A stretch of DNA of 57,032 nt from a virus (IMGVR_UViG_3300017963_000310:1-57032); one strand, 5' to 3'. Numbered from the stretch's first letter, positions 33,526 through 43,826 are shown. Notes: generated by a model from the letters alone, not told the origin. Numbers and translations are program-made.

Positions 33526-35772
33526 ATGCCGTACGCTATCGTTCCACAGGGGACCGAGTGGTGTGTCTTTGCAGAAGAGGGCGGCCAGCTGGCGGGCGAG
33601 GCTCTGGGCAATCACTCCACCCTAGAAGAGGCCCAGGAACAGATCACGGCACTGCGCGCTAGCGAACGCAGCGCGATGCCCGATGGGAGCGGCTTCACTC
33701 TTAGCCCATCGGCTGGTGCCACTACCGTGACTGTTGCGCTAACCGACGATGGCCTGGTAGTTAAGCCGACAGGGGGTAGTCCTCAACCGGACAACACTAT
33801 CCGGAGGATAGGCGAGGACCGGGTTGGTGGTTATGGCGTGACGTGGGGCAGCCCAGATGAACGGGACATGTACGGTACGTATTGGACCCGTCAAACATAC
33901 CTGGGCGAGGCGATCGACCTATCCGGGGAACCAACCGAGATACGCATCACGTGGTATTATGACCATGGGCTAAGCGAACTGCCGCCCTCGATCGTAGAGC
34001 ATGAGGACATCCGCGACTACGTGATGGGTGAGGTGGTGCTGGCCCGGGTGGACGACGTAGGCGTGTGGATTGAGGCGCAACGGCAGCGGCACGATGAATG
34101 GTCGGAAGCCGTAATGCAGCTTATTGAGGACGGAGAGCTAGGCTGGTCTTTGGGGACAGCCCCGCATCTGGCCTTTATCGAAGAGGACGGTTGGGTTAAG
34201 GCTTGGCCGGTGGTGGAGTGGAGCAGCACCCCATCGCCAGCCGTCAACAACACAGCTATTAAAACACTGCGACACTTGGTGGACCGCGGCCAGACAGCGC
34301 TAGAGCGAAGCGATGGGCCAGGGGGAACCGGTGATGGCACGGTATCGAACGGAACGACAATCGAGCAAGGAGGGCGCATCATGCCCGAGATTAACGAGGC
34401 CACGCGTGCGGAATGGTACCGCGCTTACGTGGCGACTAACTGGGAACAGATCGAAGAGGCAATCGGGGACGTCGTACGGCAAGAGGGCGGCGCTAACCTG
34501 GTAGCCGAGGCCTTGCAGCCTTTAGCGGACGAGCTGGCCGGTATTGCCGGTGGCACAGCCGAAGAGGCGCTGGCTCTCTTGACCATGTACGTAGTCGAGA
34601 TGGCGCAGGGCGGGCCGACTGAGGAAGAGATCACCGAGGAGCCCGTCATGACCGACGACGCGGTGTATACGGTGAGCGAAGAACAGCTGCAGACCCTGAT
34701 CCAAACGGCGGTAGATGCCCGTTTGCCCGAGGCCCCGACCGGGGACGCTTTGACCGAGCGGGCGCGTAGCATCAACGTGCTGGGACGGGCGCAGCCTCCG
34801 ATGACCCTCGCGCGGCACATTCGCGCGGTGCGGGATAAAGACCACGCGTTTATGGCGCAACAACGACCGGCTGTGCTGCGCGGTTATCGAGCGTTGGGCA
34901 TCAGCCCGGACACGGCGGGCGGCTACTTGGTTCCCGTCGAGCAATCTAACCAGATCATCGAGCTCTTGCGGGCTAGCGCGGTGGTGTTACCGCTGTGTCG
35001 CCAGGTCCCGATGAACAGCTGGACGATGACCATCCCCTCGCAGACCGATGGCGCGACGGCGTACTGGGGCGACGAAAACGCCCAGTTGACCGCCAGTGAG
35101 CAGACCTTCAGTCAGATCCTCCTGGTGGCCAAGAAGCTGTCGGTACTGGTCAAGCTCAGTAATGAGCTGTTGGATGACTCAGACCCCGCGGTCGACGCTT
35201 TGATCCGAAGCGATATTGCCCGTGTGGCGGCGCTGAAAGTGGACGAGGCGATCTTGCGTGGTTCAGGCGTAGGCAGTGTACCGCTCGGTGTGCTGCACTC
35301 CGGAGCCACCACCACCGTGCTTAACGCGGCCTTGACGTACGCGGCCCTTAGCGGTTGTGTTAGCCGGGTTGAAGTCGAGAACGTAGACGAGGCCCCGCCC
35401 TGGGCGTGGGTCTTCCACCCCGCAGTGAAAGATACGCTCCGCCAAGTCGAAGACACGGCGGGCAATCTGATCTGGTCAGCCAGTGGGGACTATCAGACCA
35501 GCATGGCGACCGGTTCGCCTTCTTCGCTGCTCGGTTATCCGATGCACACCACGAGTAACATCACCCGCACCGGATCACCCGCGGAGTCTCGGGGGTATTT
35601 CGGCCAGTGGAACGATGTGGTTGTGGGCCAACGCAAGACACTCGAGATCGTGGCGTCCGGCGAAGCTGGGACCAGCTTTGAATATGACCAAACGTGGATC
35701 CGCGCGATCCTGCGTTTGGACGTGGCGCTCCGTCACAACGAGGCCATGGAAGTCCTGACGGACATTCGCTAA
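33526..35772 (+). CDS. Prohead protease fused in frame to HK97-fold major capsid protein
   Basis: Protease-like GYGVTWG..D.YG, YDH, DDVGVWIEA, GWSLG, VEWSSTPSPA; capsid GGYLVP, SNELLDDS, GSGVG.PLG, LLGYPM; internal RBS and ATG at 34381. Confidence 0.9.
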   Translation: MPYAIVPQGTEWCVFAEEGGQLAGEALGNHSTLEEAQEQITALRASERSAMPDGSGFTLSPSAGATTVTVALTDDGLVVKPTGGSPQPDNTIRRIGEDRVGGYGVTWGSPDERDMYGTYWTRQTYLGEAIDLSGEPTEIRITWYYDHGLSELPPSIVEHEDIRDYVMGEVVLARVDDVGVWIEAQRQRHDEWSEAVMQLIEDGELGWSLGTAPHLAFIEEDGWVKAWPVVEWSSTPSPAVNNTAIKTLRHLVDRGQTALERSDGPGGTGDGTVSNGTTIEQGGRIMPEINEATRAEWYRAYVATNWEQIEEAIGDVVRQEGGANLVAEALQPLADELAGIAGGTAEEALALLTMYVVEMAQGGPTEEEITEEPVMTDDAVYTVSEEQLQTLIQTAVDARLPEAPTGDALTERARSINVLGRAQPPMTLARHIRAVRDKDHAFMAQQRPAVLRGYRALGISPDTAGGYLVPVEQSNQIIELLRASAVVLPLCRQVPMNSWTMTIPSQTDGATAYWGDENAQLTASEQTFSQILLVAKKLSVLVKLSNELLDDSDPAVDALIRSDIARVAALKVDEAILRGSGVGSVPLGVLHSGATTTVLNAALTYAALSGCVSRVEVENVDEAPPWAWVFHPAVKDTLRQVEDTAGNLIWSASGDYQTSMATGSPSSLLGYPMHTTSNITRTGSPAESRGYFGQWNDVVVGQRKTLEIVASGEAGTSFEYDQTWIRAILRLDVALRHNEAMEVLTDIR

Positions 35773-35832
35773 GACGGGCTTTAAGTACGAACTAGCGTAG
35801 GCTAGGATGAGGTAAAACGGAAGGGATCAGTT

Positions 35833-36270
35833 ATGGACCACGATTTCAACCACAACTTCGCCGTTCGTAACATGGGGACCCCGGCCCAGTGGGCCGACGC
35901 AACCCTGTACGCGGTTAGCACGTGGATCAGCATGGCCGGGTATGACCGCGCTATCTTCCTGCCGCACTGCGGCGAGTTGGACGGCGACATGGTGGTGTCG
36001 GTGTACGAAGCGACCGACAGCGCTGGGACTGGAGCCCAAGCGGTTAGCGGGCTGACGGGTACGTTCACCAACGGCGAGGACGAAGGACTGCCGGGTATCA
36101 TCGAGTTGCGCGCTGCGCAGCTGACTGATGGTTACCAGTACATCAACCTGCAGGTCAATCCTGGGGCAGCCGACGGCTTCTCGGGTATCTTGCTGTTGAC
36201 CGATGCCAAATCAGCGCCGGTGACAAACACGCTGAATTCGCATGTGGCATTCAAGACCGGCGAACAATAA
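35833..36270 (+). CDS. Putative head decoration protein
   Basis: ISMAGYD..VYEATDSAGTGA; directly after capsid gene. Confidence 0.6.
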   Translation: MDHDFNHNFAVRNMGTPAQWADATLYAVSTWISMAGYDRAIFLPHCGELDGDMVVSVYEATDSAGTGAQAVSGLTGTFTNGEDEGLPGIIELRAAQLTDGYQYINLQVNPGAADGFSGILLLTDAKSAPVTNTLNSHVAFKTGEQ

Positions 36271-36342
36271 GCCGGTCAGCCGGGGCGTTAGCCCTGTAGC
36301 TTGCAGTGGGGGCACTATGAGCACACGGATGAGGGGCGAGTG

Positions 36343-37521
36343 ATGCGAGTACTACTGGTATCTGACTCGCCCTTTTCCACCAGCGCGTACGGGGCGCTAG
36401 GCCTGGAGCTTAGCACGCGTATGCGCGACGAGGGACACGAGGTTACCATCCTGGGCAGCAACTATTACGGTCATCCGCAGTCTATAGACGGGCTGCAGGT
36501 GGTGGGCGGGGTAGGGCCCCAGGACTTATACGGGCAGACTATCATGGACGCGTGCGCCCAGCAGGTAGGCGCTGACGTCATCATGACGCTAAAGGACCCG
36601 TACGTCTTCGATGCGAACCGGTTACAGCGGCTGGGCACCCCGTGGGTGCCGGTGGTGTGCATCGACACCGAGCCCCTAAACCTGGCTGTGCGTGAGCAGT
36701 TACGGCACGCGGCCCAGGTGTTCACACCAACCCAGGTCGGGCAGCAGATGCTAGCCGACGAGCTGGTTACATCGCACTATACGCCGTTTGGGGTGGACAC
36801 CTCATTCTGGACGCCGGGCGACAAGGCCACAGCTCGGGTAGCGCTGGGACTAGATACCGAGTCGTTTGTGGCGGCGTTTGTTGGATCGAACCAAACCCGA
36901 CCCAGCCGCAAGGGCTTAGAGCAGCTCGTCCTTAGTTGGTGGCTGTTCTTACAGCGGGCCGAGGAGTACCGGGACTCGATACTGTACCTGCACACCTCAA
37001 TGGACGGCTGGCGGGGCGGGGTTAACCTGGACGTCATGCTGCACAGCGTAGGCGTGCCAGCGGTCAACTACCGACACCCCGACCGGATCGAGTACGAGAC
37101 CGGCAGCCTGCCCCGAGAGCGGCTACGTGACCTATATCGGGCCGCGGATGTGCTGATCGGGCCCAGTACGGGCGAAGGCTTCTGGATGCCTGGGCTAGAG
37201 GCGATGGCGTGCGGCTGCCCGACTATCGGCTGCGACTTTGCTGGCCAGCGCGAGACAGCGCGCGTGGGGTGGCGTATTCCGGTTAATGACGATACCGGCC
37301 AGACACTGTGGAGCCCACTAGGGGCGTTTCGTTTTCTGCCTAAGCGGCAAGCCATCCTGGCCGCCCTGGTGCAGGCCTACCAAAACCGCGACGATGCCGA
37401 GCTTCAGGCTAACGCCCGAATGGCGGCAGTAAGATACGAATGGGGTACGGTGTTTGACACGCACTGGGCACCCGCGTTACAAGCAACTGAGGGGTTAATA
37501 AAGGAGGCTTGTCTTGTCTGA
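36343..37521 (+). CDS. GT-B glycosyltransferase (GT4-like)
   Basis: MRVLLVSDSP, GVDT, RKG, YRAADV..PSTGEGFWMPGLEAMACGCP. Confidence 0.9.
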   Translation: MRVLLVSDSPFSTSAYGALGLELSTRMRDEGHEVTILGSNYYGHPQSIDGLQVVGGVGPQDLYGQTIMDACAQQVGADVIMTLKDPYVFDANRLQRLGTPWVPVVCIDTEPLNLAVREQLRHAAQVFTPTQVGQQMLADELVTSHYTPFGVDTSFWTPGDKATARVALGLDTESFVAAFVGSNQTRPSRKGLEQLVLSWWLFLQRAEEYRDSILYLHTSMDGWRGGVNLDVMLHSVGVPAVNYRHPDRIEYETGSLPRERLRDLYRAADVLIGPSTGEGFWMPGLEAMACGCPTIGCDFAGQRETARVGWRIPVNDDTGQTLWSPLGAFRFLPKRQAILAALVQAYQNRDDAELQANARMAAVRYEWGTVFDTHWAPALQATEGLIKEACLV

Positions 37522-38266
37522 TCACACACAGTTAGAGCACCGCATGGAGAAGGACTGGGACGAGCGGGCCAAGCGCGGGCCGTTCCACCACGTGTTAAAC
37601 CGGTACCCGATCGGCGAGTGGGACCTGGACGAGTTCTACGGTTCGGGCGGCCTGGACATGCAGCGCTGGTTGGACCCGTTTTGTGACAGAAACGGCATCA
37701 ACACCCGGACCCGGGTACTGCTCGAAATCGGCTGCGGGGTTGGACGGCAGACCATGCACCTGGCTCAGCGCTTCAAGCGCGTAATAGCGCTAGATATCTC
37801 CCAGGAGATGTTAGAAGTCGCGGCGCGCATGGTTGAGGCTGACAACGTGACGTGGGTTAAGGGCGACGGCGTATCGTTACGTGGCTTAAAAGCCAGCTCG
37901 GTGTCGTTTGCGTACAGCATGATCGTGCTGATGCACATCCCGGACCCCGAGATCCAGTACGCTTACCTGGCCGAGATGGGGCGCGTGCTGCGTCCGGGCG
38001 GCTGGTTCTTCATACAGCTGTACAACGATGTGGAGGGGTACGCCACCAAGCTACCCAAATGGCAGGACCGCGCAGCTACGCAAGAGCTTAAAGGTTGGAG
38101 CGAGGCGGCTCGGTGGGAGCTTGAAAACAACCGGTTCTACACCGGCATCCAGACCGCGGTTGACGCCGAGCGCACACTAGCAGTCTTGGCCGAGGCTGGG
38201 CTGGTGGTGTTGGAGAACGAAGGGCAGGGCACGCCGTTATGGGTCCTAGGGGGGCGCAAGGAATGA
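37514..38266 (+). CDS. Class I SAM-dependent methyltransferase
   Basis: LLEIGCGVGR, LDIS.EM, VLMH, RVLRPGG. Confidence 0.9.
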   Translation: MSDHTQLEHRMEKDWDERAKRGPFHHVLNRYPIGEWDLDEFYGSGGLDMQRWLDPFCDRNGINTRTRVLLEIGCGVGRQTMHLAQRFKRVIALDISQEMLEVAARMVEADNVTWVKGDGVSLRGLKASSVSFAYSMIVLMHIPDPEIQYAYLAEMGRVLRPGGWFFIQLYNDVEGYATKLPKWQDRAATQELKGWSEAARWELENNRFYTGIQTAVDAERTLAVLAEAGLVVLENEGQGTPLWVLGGRKE

Positions 38267-39363
38267 CCCTCTTTGAAGCAGACGACGTACGGACCCTACC
38301 GGGGGAGTGCGGCAGTCATACCTTCATGTACCGCGGCGCGGGCCTGGCAGGCTTGCGCCGGGCGTTTAACCGGGACAACATCGCGGCCAAGATCCATCAC
38401 CGGGCTCTGCGCTGGGACGAGGGACCAGAACAATACGTATGGGGTTATCACTACCTGCCCCCAGCCGAGCAGACCCCGTTGATAGAGGCGTTGACTATCC
38501 AGAACGTGTACGCAGCGCTGGGTCTGGCCCCGCGAGTGTATGGCCTGGCGACGTGGCAGGATGAGTTCGGGCAACGGCACCCGGTGCAAGTGACCGAGGA
38601 TCTCGGGTGCTGCGATTGGGGCCAGCCGCCCCAGCTGGCGTACGATCTGTTCGACCGCATCGTGCAGCTGGCGGGTGAGTACGGTTTTATCGCGCCGGGG
38701 CGGGACAGCGGCGTGCATAACTACGTAGCTGGTAAGTGGGTCGACTTTAACGGCTTTCGGTTCGGGCCGGACTACTACCAGCAGCTAATGGACCGGTTTT
38801 GGCGAGGCACGCAGTGGGGCGACCGGCCCTACCAACAGGTACTGCAGGGTAGCCTGCGTAACACCTGCCGAGACATGCAGGTACGCATCACGGATCTCGG
38901 GCTTGACCGGCTGGATTTCAGCCCGCGGCATGTGCTGGACGTGGGCTGCAGCGGCGGCCAGTTCTTGAACTATTTGAACCGGCAGTACGGGGCCCGCGGC
39001 ACCGGATACGACACGCCGCGCGCTGTGCTATCTGCAGCCGAGTTTAGCGCTACAGCTGGGGCGTGGAACGTAGATTACTACAGCGCCGACTTGCGCGAAC
39101 AGGACGCCGTCGAGGGGCAGTACGACCTGGTCTTGTTTTTGAGCGTGTCGCGGCATATCGGCCTACCGGAGTACGTCAAGCAGTGCGCCAGCAAGCGGCT
39201 AATCATCGAGGCACACGACGAGCACCGGGAGGCGATCGAGCCATGGCTAGGGGACGAGTTCGAGATTGTACACCAGCAGGTCAGCGTCGACTACGGGCGG
39301 CGGGTGTACCACGCGGAGAGGCGAACGAATGGGCGAGAGGTTAACGTGGGCCGGGCCGTTTGA
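38263..39363 (+). CDS. Kinase-like domain fused to SAM methyltransferase
   Basis: N-term AAKI, GLAPRVYG, TEDLG, RDSGVHN, WVDF; C-term VLDVGCSGGQF, YDLVLFLSV. Confidence 0.7.
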   Translation: MTLFEADDVRTLPGECGSHTFMYRGAGLAGLRRAFNRDNIAAKIHHRALRWDEGPEQYVWGYHYLPPAEQTPLIEALTIQNVYAALGLAPRVYGLATWQDEFGQRHPVQVTEDLGCCDWGQPPQLAYDLFDRIVQLAGEYGFIAPGRDSGVHNYVAGKWVDFNGFRFGPDYYQQLMDRFWRGTQWGDRPYQQVLQGSLRNTCRDMQVRITDLGLDRLDFSPRHVLDVGCSGGQFLNYLNRQYGARGTGYDTPRAVLSAAEFSATAGAWNVDYYSADLREQDAVEGQYDLVLFLSVSRHIGLPEYVKQCASKRLIIEAHDEHREAIEPWLGDEFEIVHQQVSVDYGRRVYHAERRTNGREVNVGRAV

Positions 39364-40306
39364 GGGCAGCGGCGCGTACCCGACCATGAACCGGCAGCTA
39401 TGCCGAGCGCTTGCGCGCTTGGGGCATGCTCCGCTGCGTAACGAACACAACGACGGCGCGGAGCTAACGCCGGTCCAGATCCGCAACACCTACCCGCTCG
39501 GTAGCCCGACGATTAGGCACCCGATTAACGTGGGGCTGGCCATCTGGGAGTTTACCGGCCAGCAGGGCGTACCGCTTAGCTTTAGGCGGGCCTTTGAGGA
39601 GTACGATCTGATTTGCGCTCCCGGAAAGTGGGTTTGCGACCAGTTCAAGGCGGTAACCGATACGCCGGTGGTCCAGGTACCGCTCGGAGTAGACCCTAGC
39701 GAGTTCTACCCGGACGGTCCGGCTATGCGCTGGGAAGAATGGCTGGGCTGTGAGGCCGTGCTGCTGTGGGTAGGCGGTACCGATCGACGGCACGGTTTCG
39801 ACGTGGCCCTGGAGGTCATGCGGCGGCTGCCGGACCGCTACCACTTGGTGGCCAAACAGTCGGTGCACTACCCAGAGGCCGAGGTTGAGGACCCGCGGGT
39901 GCACGTGATACGCGAGGATCTCCCTACCCTGGCCCCGTTGTACCGGGCGGCCCATTTGTTGCTACATACCGCTCGGGGCGTGGGCGACAGCCTGCCGGTG
40001 CGCGAGGCGCTGGCCTGTGGCTGCCCGGTGGTGTCTAGCGATCTGCCCCCGGTGCGCGAGTACGCGCCCGAGGGCCAGGTCCGGTTTGGGCGCGGAGAGT
40101 GGCAGCCCATGGGCATACACCATGTACACCGCGATTGTCTGCCGGTGTGGTTCGAGCCCGACCCTGCGCATTTGGCCCAGCTAGTGCTAGCGGGCGGCTT
40201 TGCGCCGTGGGCACCGCGTGCGTGGGCGCATGAGCATGCATGGGACGTAGCGGCTGGACGGCTGCTACAGGCATTACGTGAGCACCTAGGGCTGACGTTA
40301 GCCTGA
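39329..40306 (+). CDS. GT-B glycosyltransferase (GT4-like)
   Basis: PLGVD, LYRAA..ARGVGDSLPVREALACGCPVV. Confidence 0.85.
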   Translation: MGERLTWAGPFEGSGAYPTMNRQLCRALARLGHAPLRNEHNDGAELTPVQIRNTYPLGSPTIRHPINVGLAIWEFTGQQGVPLSFRRAFEEYDLICAPGKWVCDQFKAVTDTPVVQVPLGVDPSEFYPDGPAMRWEEWLGCEAVLLWVGGTDRRHGFDVALEVMRRLPDRYHLVAKQSVHYPEAEVEDPRVHVIREDLPTLAPLYRAAHLLLHTARGVGDSLPVREALACGCPVVSSDLPPVREYAPEGQVRFGRGEWQPMGIHHVHRDCLPVWFEPDPAHLAQLVLAGGFAPWAPRAWAHEHAWDVAAGRLLQALREHLGLTLA

Positions 40307-40365
40307 AAGGCGAGATGCCCCCATCGCTGGTGCTCACGTGTGGGGGTTTAGTAGGAGGGGCAACG

Positions 40366-40563
40366 ATGACAACGAGCACGAAGATCTATCTATGGCGTAA
40401 TACGCGCCGGGGCGTGTTGGCGGTGGCAGCTACCAGTCTGGAAAAAGCGCTTGGGATAATCGAGACCGAGCACCCTAACTGGCACAACTACGCCCGGGGA
40501 CATAAACCCGAGGAGATGTCGGCCAAAGCCGGGTCGACGCTATACACGAGGTTTCGAGGGTGA
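40366..40563 (+). CDS. Small hypothetical protein
   Basis: AGGAGG RBS; stop overlaps GT2 start. Confidence 0.6.
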   Translation: MTTSTKIYLWRNTRRGVLAVAATSLEKALGIIETEHPNWHNYARGHKPEEMSAKAGSTLYTRFRG

Positions 40564-41258
40564 TTAGCCTGCTGATCCTCACACGGGGGCGTTTTGGGGT
40601 GACGGCGCGGTGTATGCGTTCGCTGGCCCCTATTTTAGCCCGTGAGGACGTCGAATGGGTGGTGCTGCACAACGGGGGTGAAGAGCCTCTGGGGCTGTGG
40701 TGGCTTAAGGTAGCGCAGCAGTACCCACAAGTACGAGTCGTATTGCAGGACAACAACCTGGGCGTAGCGGGCGGCAGGCAAAAGCTGCTAGGCCTGGCCC
40801 GGGGCGAGTATTTGGTGATCCTAGACAATGACGTCGAAGCGGTGCGGGCTGGGTGGTTGGACAGGCTGTTATGGCCCTTGGACCACGTCGAGGGGGTTGG
40901 GCTGTGCGGGCCAGGTGGGAATTGGATCACGCCGGGCTGGGAGTGGTACGATCCGGTATACCCGGGTTACGTGGGCTATGTGGACACGGTAGCTGGGTAT
41001 TGCCAGGCTTTTAAGCGGGACGTGCTATGGCAGGGCGTAGCCCTGGACCAGGCGTTTAACCCGTATTGGCACGAAGACACCGACATGGCTATGCAGATCG
41101 CGGCGCTGGGCCAAACAGTGTGGTGTACCGGGGACATCGGGATACGACACATCTTTGCGGGCACCGGGGATGACGGACGGGGCCAGGACAAACAGCGGTA
41201 TTTAGCGAGTAAATGGGCCGGGCGAGGCCTGGCCCGGTTCGAGAGGGCGGCGGTATGA
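40560..41258 (+). CDS. GT-A glycosyltransferase (GT2-like)
   Basis: NLGVAGGR, GEYLVILDND, HEDTD. Confidence 0.88.
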   Translation: MISLLILTRGRFGVTARCMRSLAPILAREDVEWVVLHNGGEEPLGLWWLKVAQQYPQVRVVLQDNNLGVAGGRQKLLGLARGEYLVILDNDVEAVRAGWLDRLLWPLDHVEGVGLCGPGGNWITPGWEWYDPVYPGYVGYVDTVAGYCQAFKRDVLWQGVALDQAFNPYWHEDTDMAMQIAALGQTVWCTGDIGIRHIFAGTGDDGRGQDKQRYLASKWAGRGLARFERAAV

Positions 41259-41839
41259 CGGACTATTGCACCTCAACGCAGCTAAAACGATACATCGGCA
41301 CCGCCCAGGCGGGGGACGACGCGCTGCTGGCTGAACTGGTCACGCGGGCCAGTCGGCGAGTGGATGAGTACTGCGGGCGCACCTTTGTACAGCGCACTGA
41401 AACGCGCAAATACGACGCGGTGCGGGACGTGGACGGTCGGGTGCTGCTGGTGGACGACGACTTGTTAGCGATTACGACGCTAACCAACGGTGACGGCGAA
41501 GTCATCGCTGCGACGGAGTACGTGCTGTTGCCCACTAACGACACACCCAAGCACGCCATCCGGATCAGGGCCTCGGCCAGCAACACCTGGACGTATACTA
41601 CGGACCCTGAAGAGGCGATCGAGATAGCCGGTACGTGGGGCTTTGCCTTGGGGACGACCGCACCGGATGACATTCAACACCTGACTATCCGACTGGCGGC
41701 GTGGTACTACGCCCAGCGCAAAGCGCCCTTTGAAGCCACGCGTTTGCCAGGTCTGGGGCAGACTATTATCCCGGCCAGCATACCACCGGACATCGCCCGG
41801 GGCCTAGACCTGTACGTCCGGGTCAGAGTAGGGGGTTAA
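41255..41839 (+). CDS. Head-tail connector (gp6-like)
   Basis: YCT..LK.Y, DDALL..L...ASR.VDEYCGRTF, GTWG, PDDI. Confidence 0.8.
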   Translation: MTDYCTSTQLKRYIGTAQAGDDALLAELVTRASRRVDEYCGRTFVQRTETRKYDAVRDVDGRVLLVDDDLLAITTLTNGDGEVIAATEYVLLPTNDTPKHAIRIRASASNTWTYTTDPEEAIEIAGTWGFALGTTAPDDIQHLTIRLAAWYYAQRKAPFEATRLPGLGQTIIPASIPPDIARGLDLYVRVRVGG

Positions 41840-41840
41840 C

Positions 41841-42302
41841 ATGCCACCCGATACGGTTAAACCCCGGCTGGCGTCTATCGCAGAGGATTACATCACGGGC
41901 GTTGTGACCGGGCACAGCCGCATACCACGCGATTTATCCACCGCCGACATGCCCGCCCTGGTGGTGATGACCGGGGCCGCGCAGCAGGTCCAGCTCGGTG
42001 GGGGCGTGATCCAAGAGCTACGCACCTATTCGTTGGCGCTGCTAGCGCTGCCGTGGGTGATGGGGGTTGAGACCGAAGCCGAAGAGATACTAGAGCCTTT
42101 CTTTAGGCGGGTAGCTCTGTGCTTTTGGGGTCGCCCGGGTTTACACCTGGAGGATAACACGGACGCCCTAGCGGGTGTGCAGGACGTCCAGGTACTGGGC
42201 GATAGCGGCGTGATAGAGATCGCTCTGGCGGCGGTGTCGTATGCTGGGACTATGATCGAGCTCCAAGTAGAGGAGCTGTTTCTGGTAGAGCGAGGTGCTT
42301 GA
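41841..42302 (+). CDS. Putative tail terminator/neck protein
   Basis: Size and position between connector and major tail protein. Confidence 0.55.
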   Translation: MPPDTVKPRLASIAEDYITGVVTGHSRIPRDLSTADMPALVVMTGAAQQVQLGGGVIQELRTYSLALLALPWVMGVETEAEEILEPFFRRVALCFWGRPGLHLEDNTDALAGVQDVQVLGDSGVIEIALAAVSYAGTMIELQVEELFLVERGA

Positions 42303-42490
42303 TGGCTCACGGCAAGGTAGCGATCGTTAGGGTAGCTACGAGCAGCGGGGACGAGGTGCTAGCGGTAGAGATTAGCCTGGGAGATAAAGAGCTTACTATC
42401 TCGGACCAGGACCACACGCTAACGCCTAAGCTTCGGGAGATGGCACTGGCTTTGATCGAACAGGTAGAACAGGAAAGCAACAAGGAGTAA
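42302..42490 (+). CDS. Small hypothetical protein
   Basis: GAGG RBS, coupled to upstream stop. Confidence 0.55.
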   Translation: MAHGKVAIVRVATSSGDEVLAVEISLGDKELTISDQDHTLTPKLREMALALIEQVEQESNKE

Positions 42491-42494
42491 CACC

Positions 42495-43331
42495 ATGGCA
42501 AACGGACCAGAGATCACCGCAGCCTGTGGCTTGCGGCGTATCCAAATCTTCTTGGTGAACAGCGACGGGTACCCGGACGGAGACCAATCAGGAGCGGACG
42601 GCTACGACGGCACCGAGGTAGAAGCCTGCCGCAGCCTGAACCTTAGCATCCCGGGCGTACGGCGCATCGCACACGTGGGTTCGGACCGGCTGAAAGCGCA
42701 GGACTTCCTGCCGCCGACTGATGGCGCGGGGGCCGAGATCACCACCGCGTACACCAACCTGACGTTGGACAACGTGCTGACCGGCATCAACTCGGTGCAG
42801 GTTGGTGAGACGACCATGACCGGGCTCCTGACGGACGCCCAGGGCAATGAAAAAGATATCTGCTTGATCGGCTACCGGCAGGCGTTGAAAGCAGGCCGGG
42901 GCAACACCCAGACTCGGGTGTGGCAGATGCACGTCTTCCCCATTGGCCGGATGGTCCCCAAGGCGGGCAACCCGACCGAGGGCGGGGCCGATGAGAACAG
43001 TTACGATTTCGCGGCTTCGGTGGCGCAAGCTCCTCCGTGGGGTCACGCTTTCGCCGAGGGGGCCGGTCAAGAGGGCTACTTGGAAGCGCAGTACTTACGT
43101 TTCTCAAGTGAATACCCGGCTATGGTTGACGCATGGGTGGGAGACGGTACCCTTACCGAGTTCAACTTAGCTTGGACGCCGATTTCGGTCGATAAGACAG
43201 CGGTCTTTTCGAACGGGGTTGAGGCGACTGTCTCGTCGGTGAACACCACCACCAAAACGGTGACGGTGTCGTCTCCACCAGCATACTTGGAGCGAGTCGT
43301 AGCCTGGTACGAGACCAGCGACGACATCTAA
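42495..43331 (+). CDS. Major tail protein
   Basis: 278 aa, beta-rich with C-terminal Ig-like extension; precedes chaperone and tape measure. Confidence 0.7.
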   Translation: MANGPEITAACGLRRIQIFLVNSDGYPDGDQSGADGYDGTEVEACRSLNLSIPGVRRIAHVGSDRLKAQDFLPPTDGAGAEITTAYTNLTLDNVLTGINSVQVGETTMTGLLTDAQGNEKDICLIGYRQALKAGRGNTQTRVWQMHVFPIGRMVPKAGNPTEGGADENSYDFAASVAQAPPWGHAFAEGAGQEGYLEAQYLRFSSEYPAMVDAWVGDGTLTEFNLAWTPISVDKTAVFSNGVEATVSSVNTTTKTVTVSSPPAYLERVVAWYETSDDI

Positions 43332-43346
43332 TAGGAGGCGGGGGCC

Positions 43347-43826
43347 ATGCGTTGGGACGTAACGTTTTATAACGAACAAGAGGGTCGTTTGTACCGAGTA
43401 GCGGCCAAGCGGCTAACGGTGGGAGAGGGCATCACGGTGGACCAACAGCAGGATGAGTTGGCGCTCCGTGAAGGCTTAGAGGGGCGTTTGTTGTTGATGA
43501 TGCTCAACTACCCTCTCCTGCTACACGCCACCGAGCGGATTGAGTGGGCCTCGCGGGCCGAAGAGCCCGAGCGTGAAGGCGACCTGCACCAGATGGACGA
43601 GGTGTGGCAGTGGGTGCCCCTAGAGCTAACCGAGGACCGCTTTTTGAAGCTGGATGAGTTCGCGATGTGGGGCTGGCTGACGGCGGTGTACCATTACAAC
43701 CCACACCGTGACCGGTCGTACGAGTCTATAAAAAAAGCGTTGGCTCTGGCACGGCAGAGCCAACCCAACGACGAAGATACGACCGAGAGCGAACTCAGCG
43801 AGAAGAGCTCCGAGGACAAGTCGTAG
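43347..43826 (+). CDS. Tail assembly chaperone (gpG-like)
   Basis: Position; contains slippery A AAA AAA at 43730-43736. Confidence 0.75.
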   Translation: MRWDVTFYNEQEGRLYRVAAKRLTVGEGITVDQQQDELALREGLEGRLLLMMLNYPLLLHATERIEWASRAEEPEREGDLHQMDEVWQWVPLELTEDRFLKLDEFAMWGWLTAVYHYNPHRDRSYESIKKALALARQSQPNDEDTTESELSEKSSEDKS

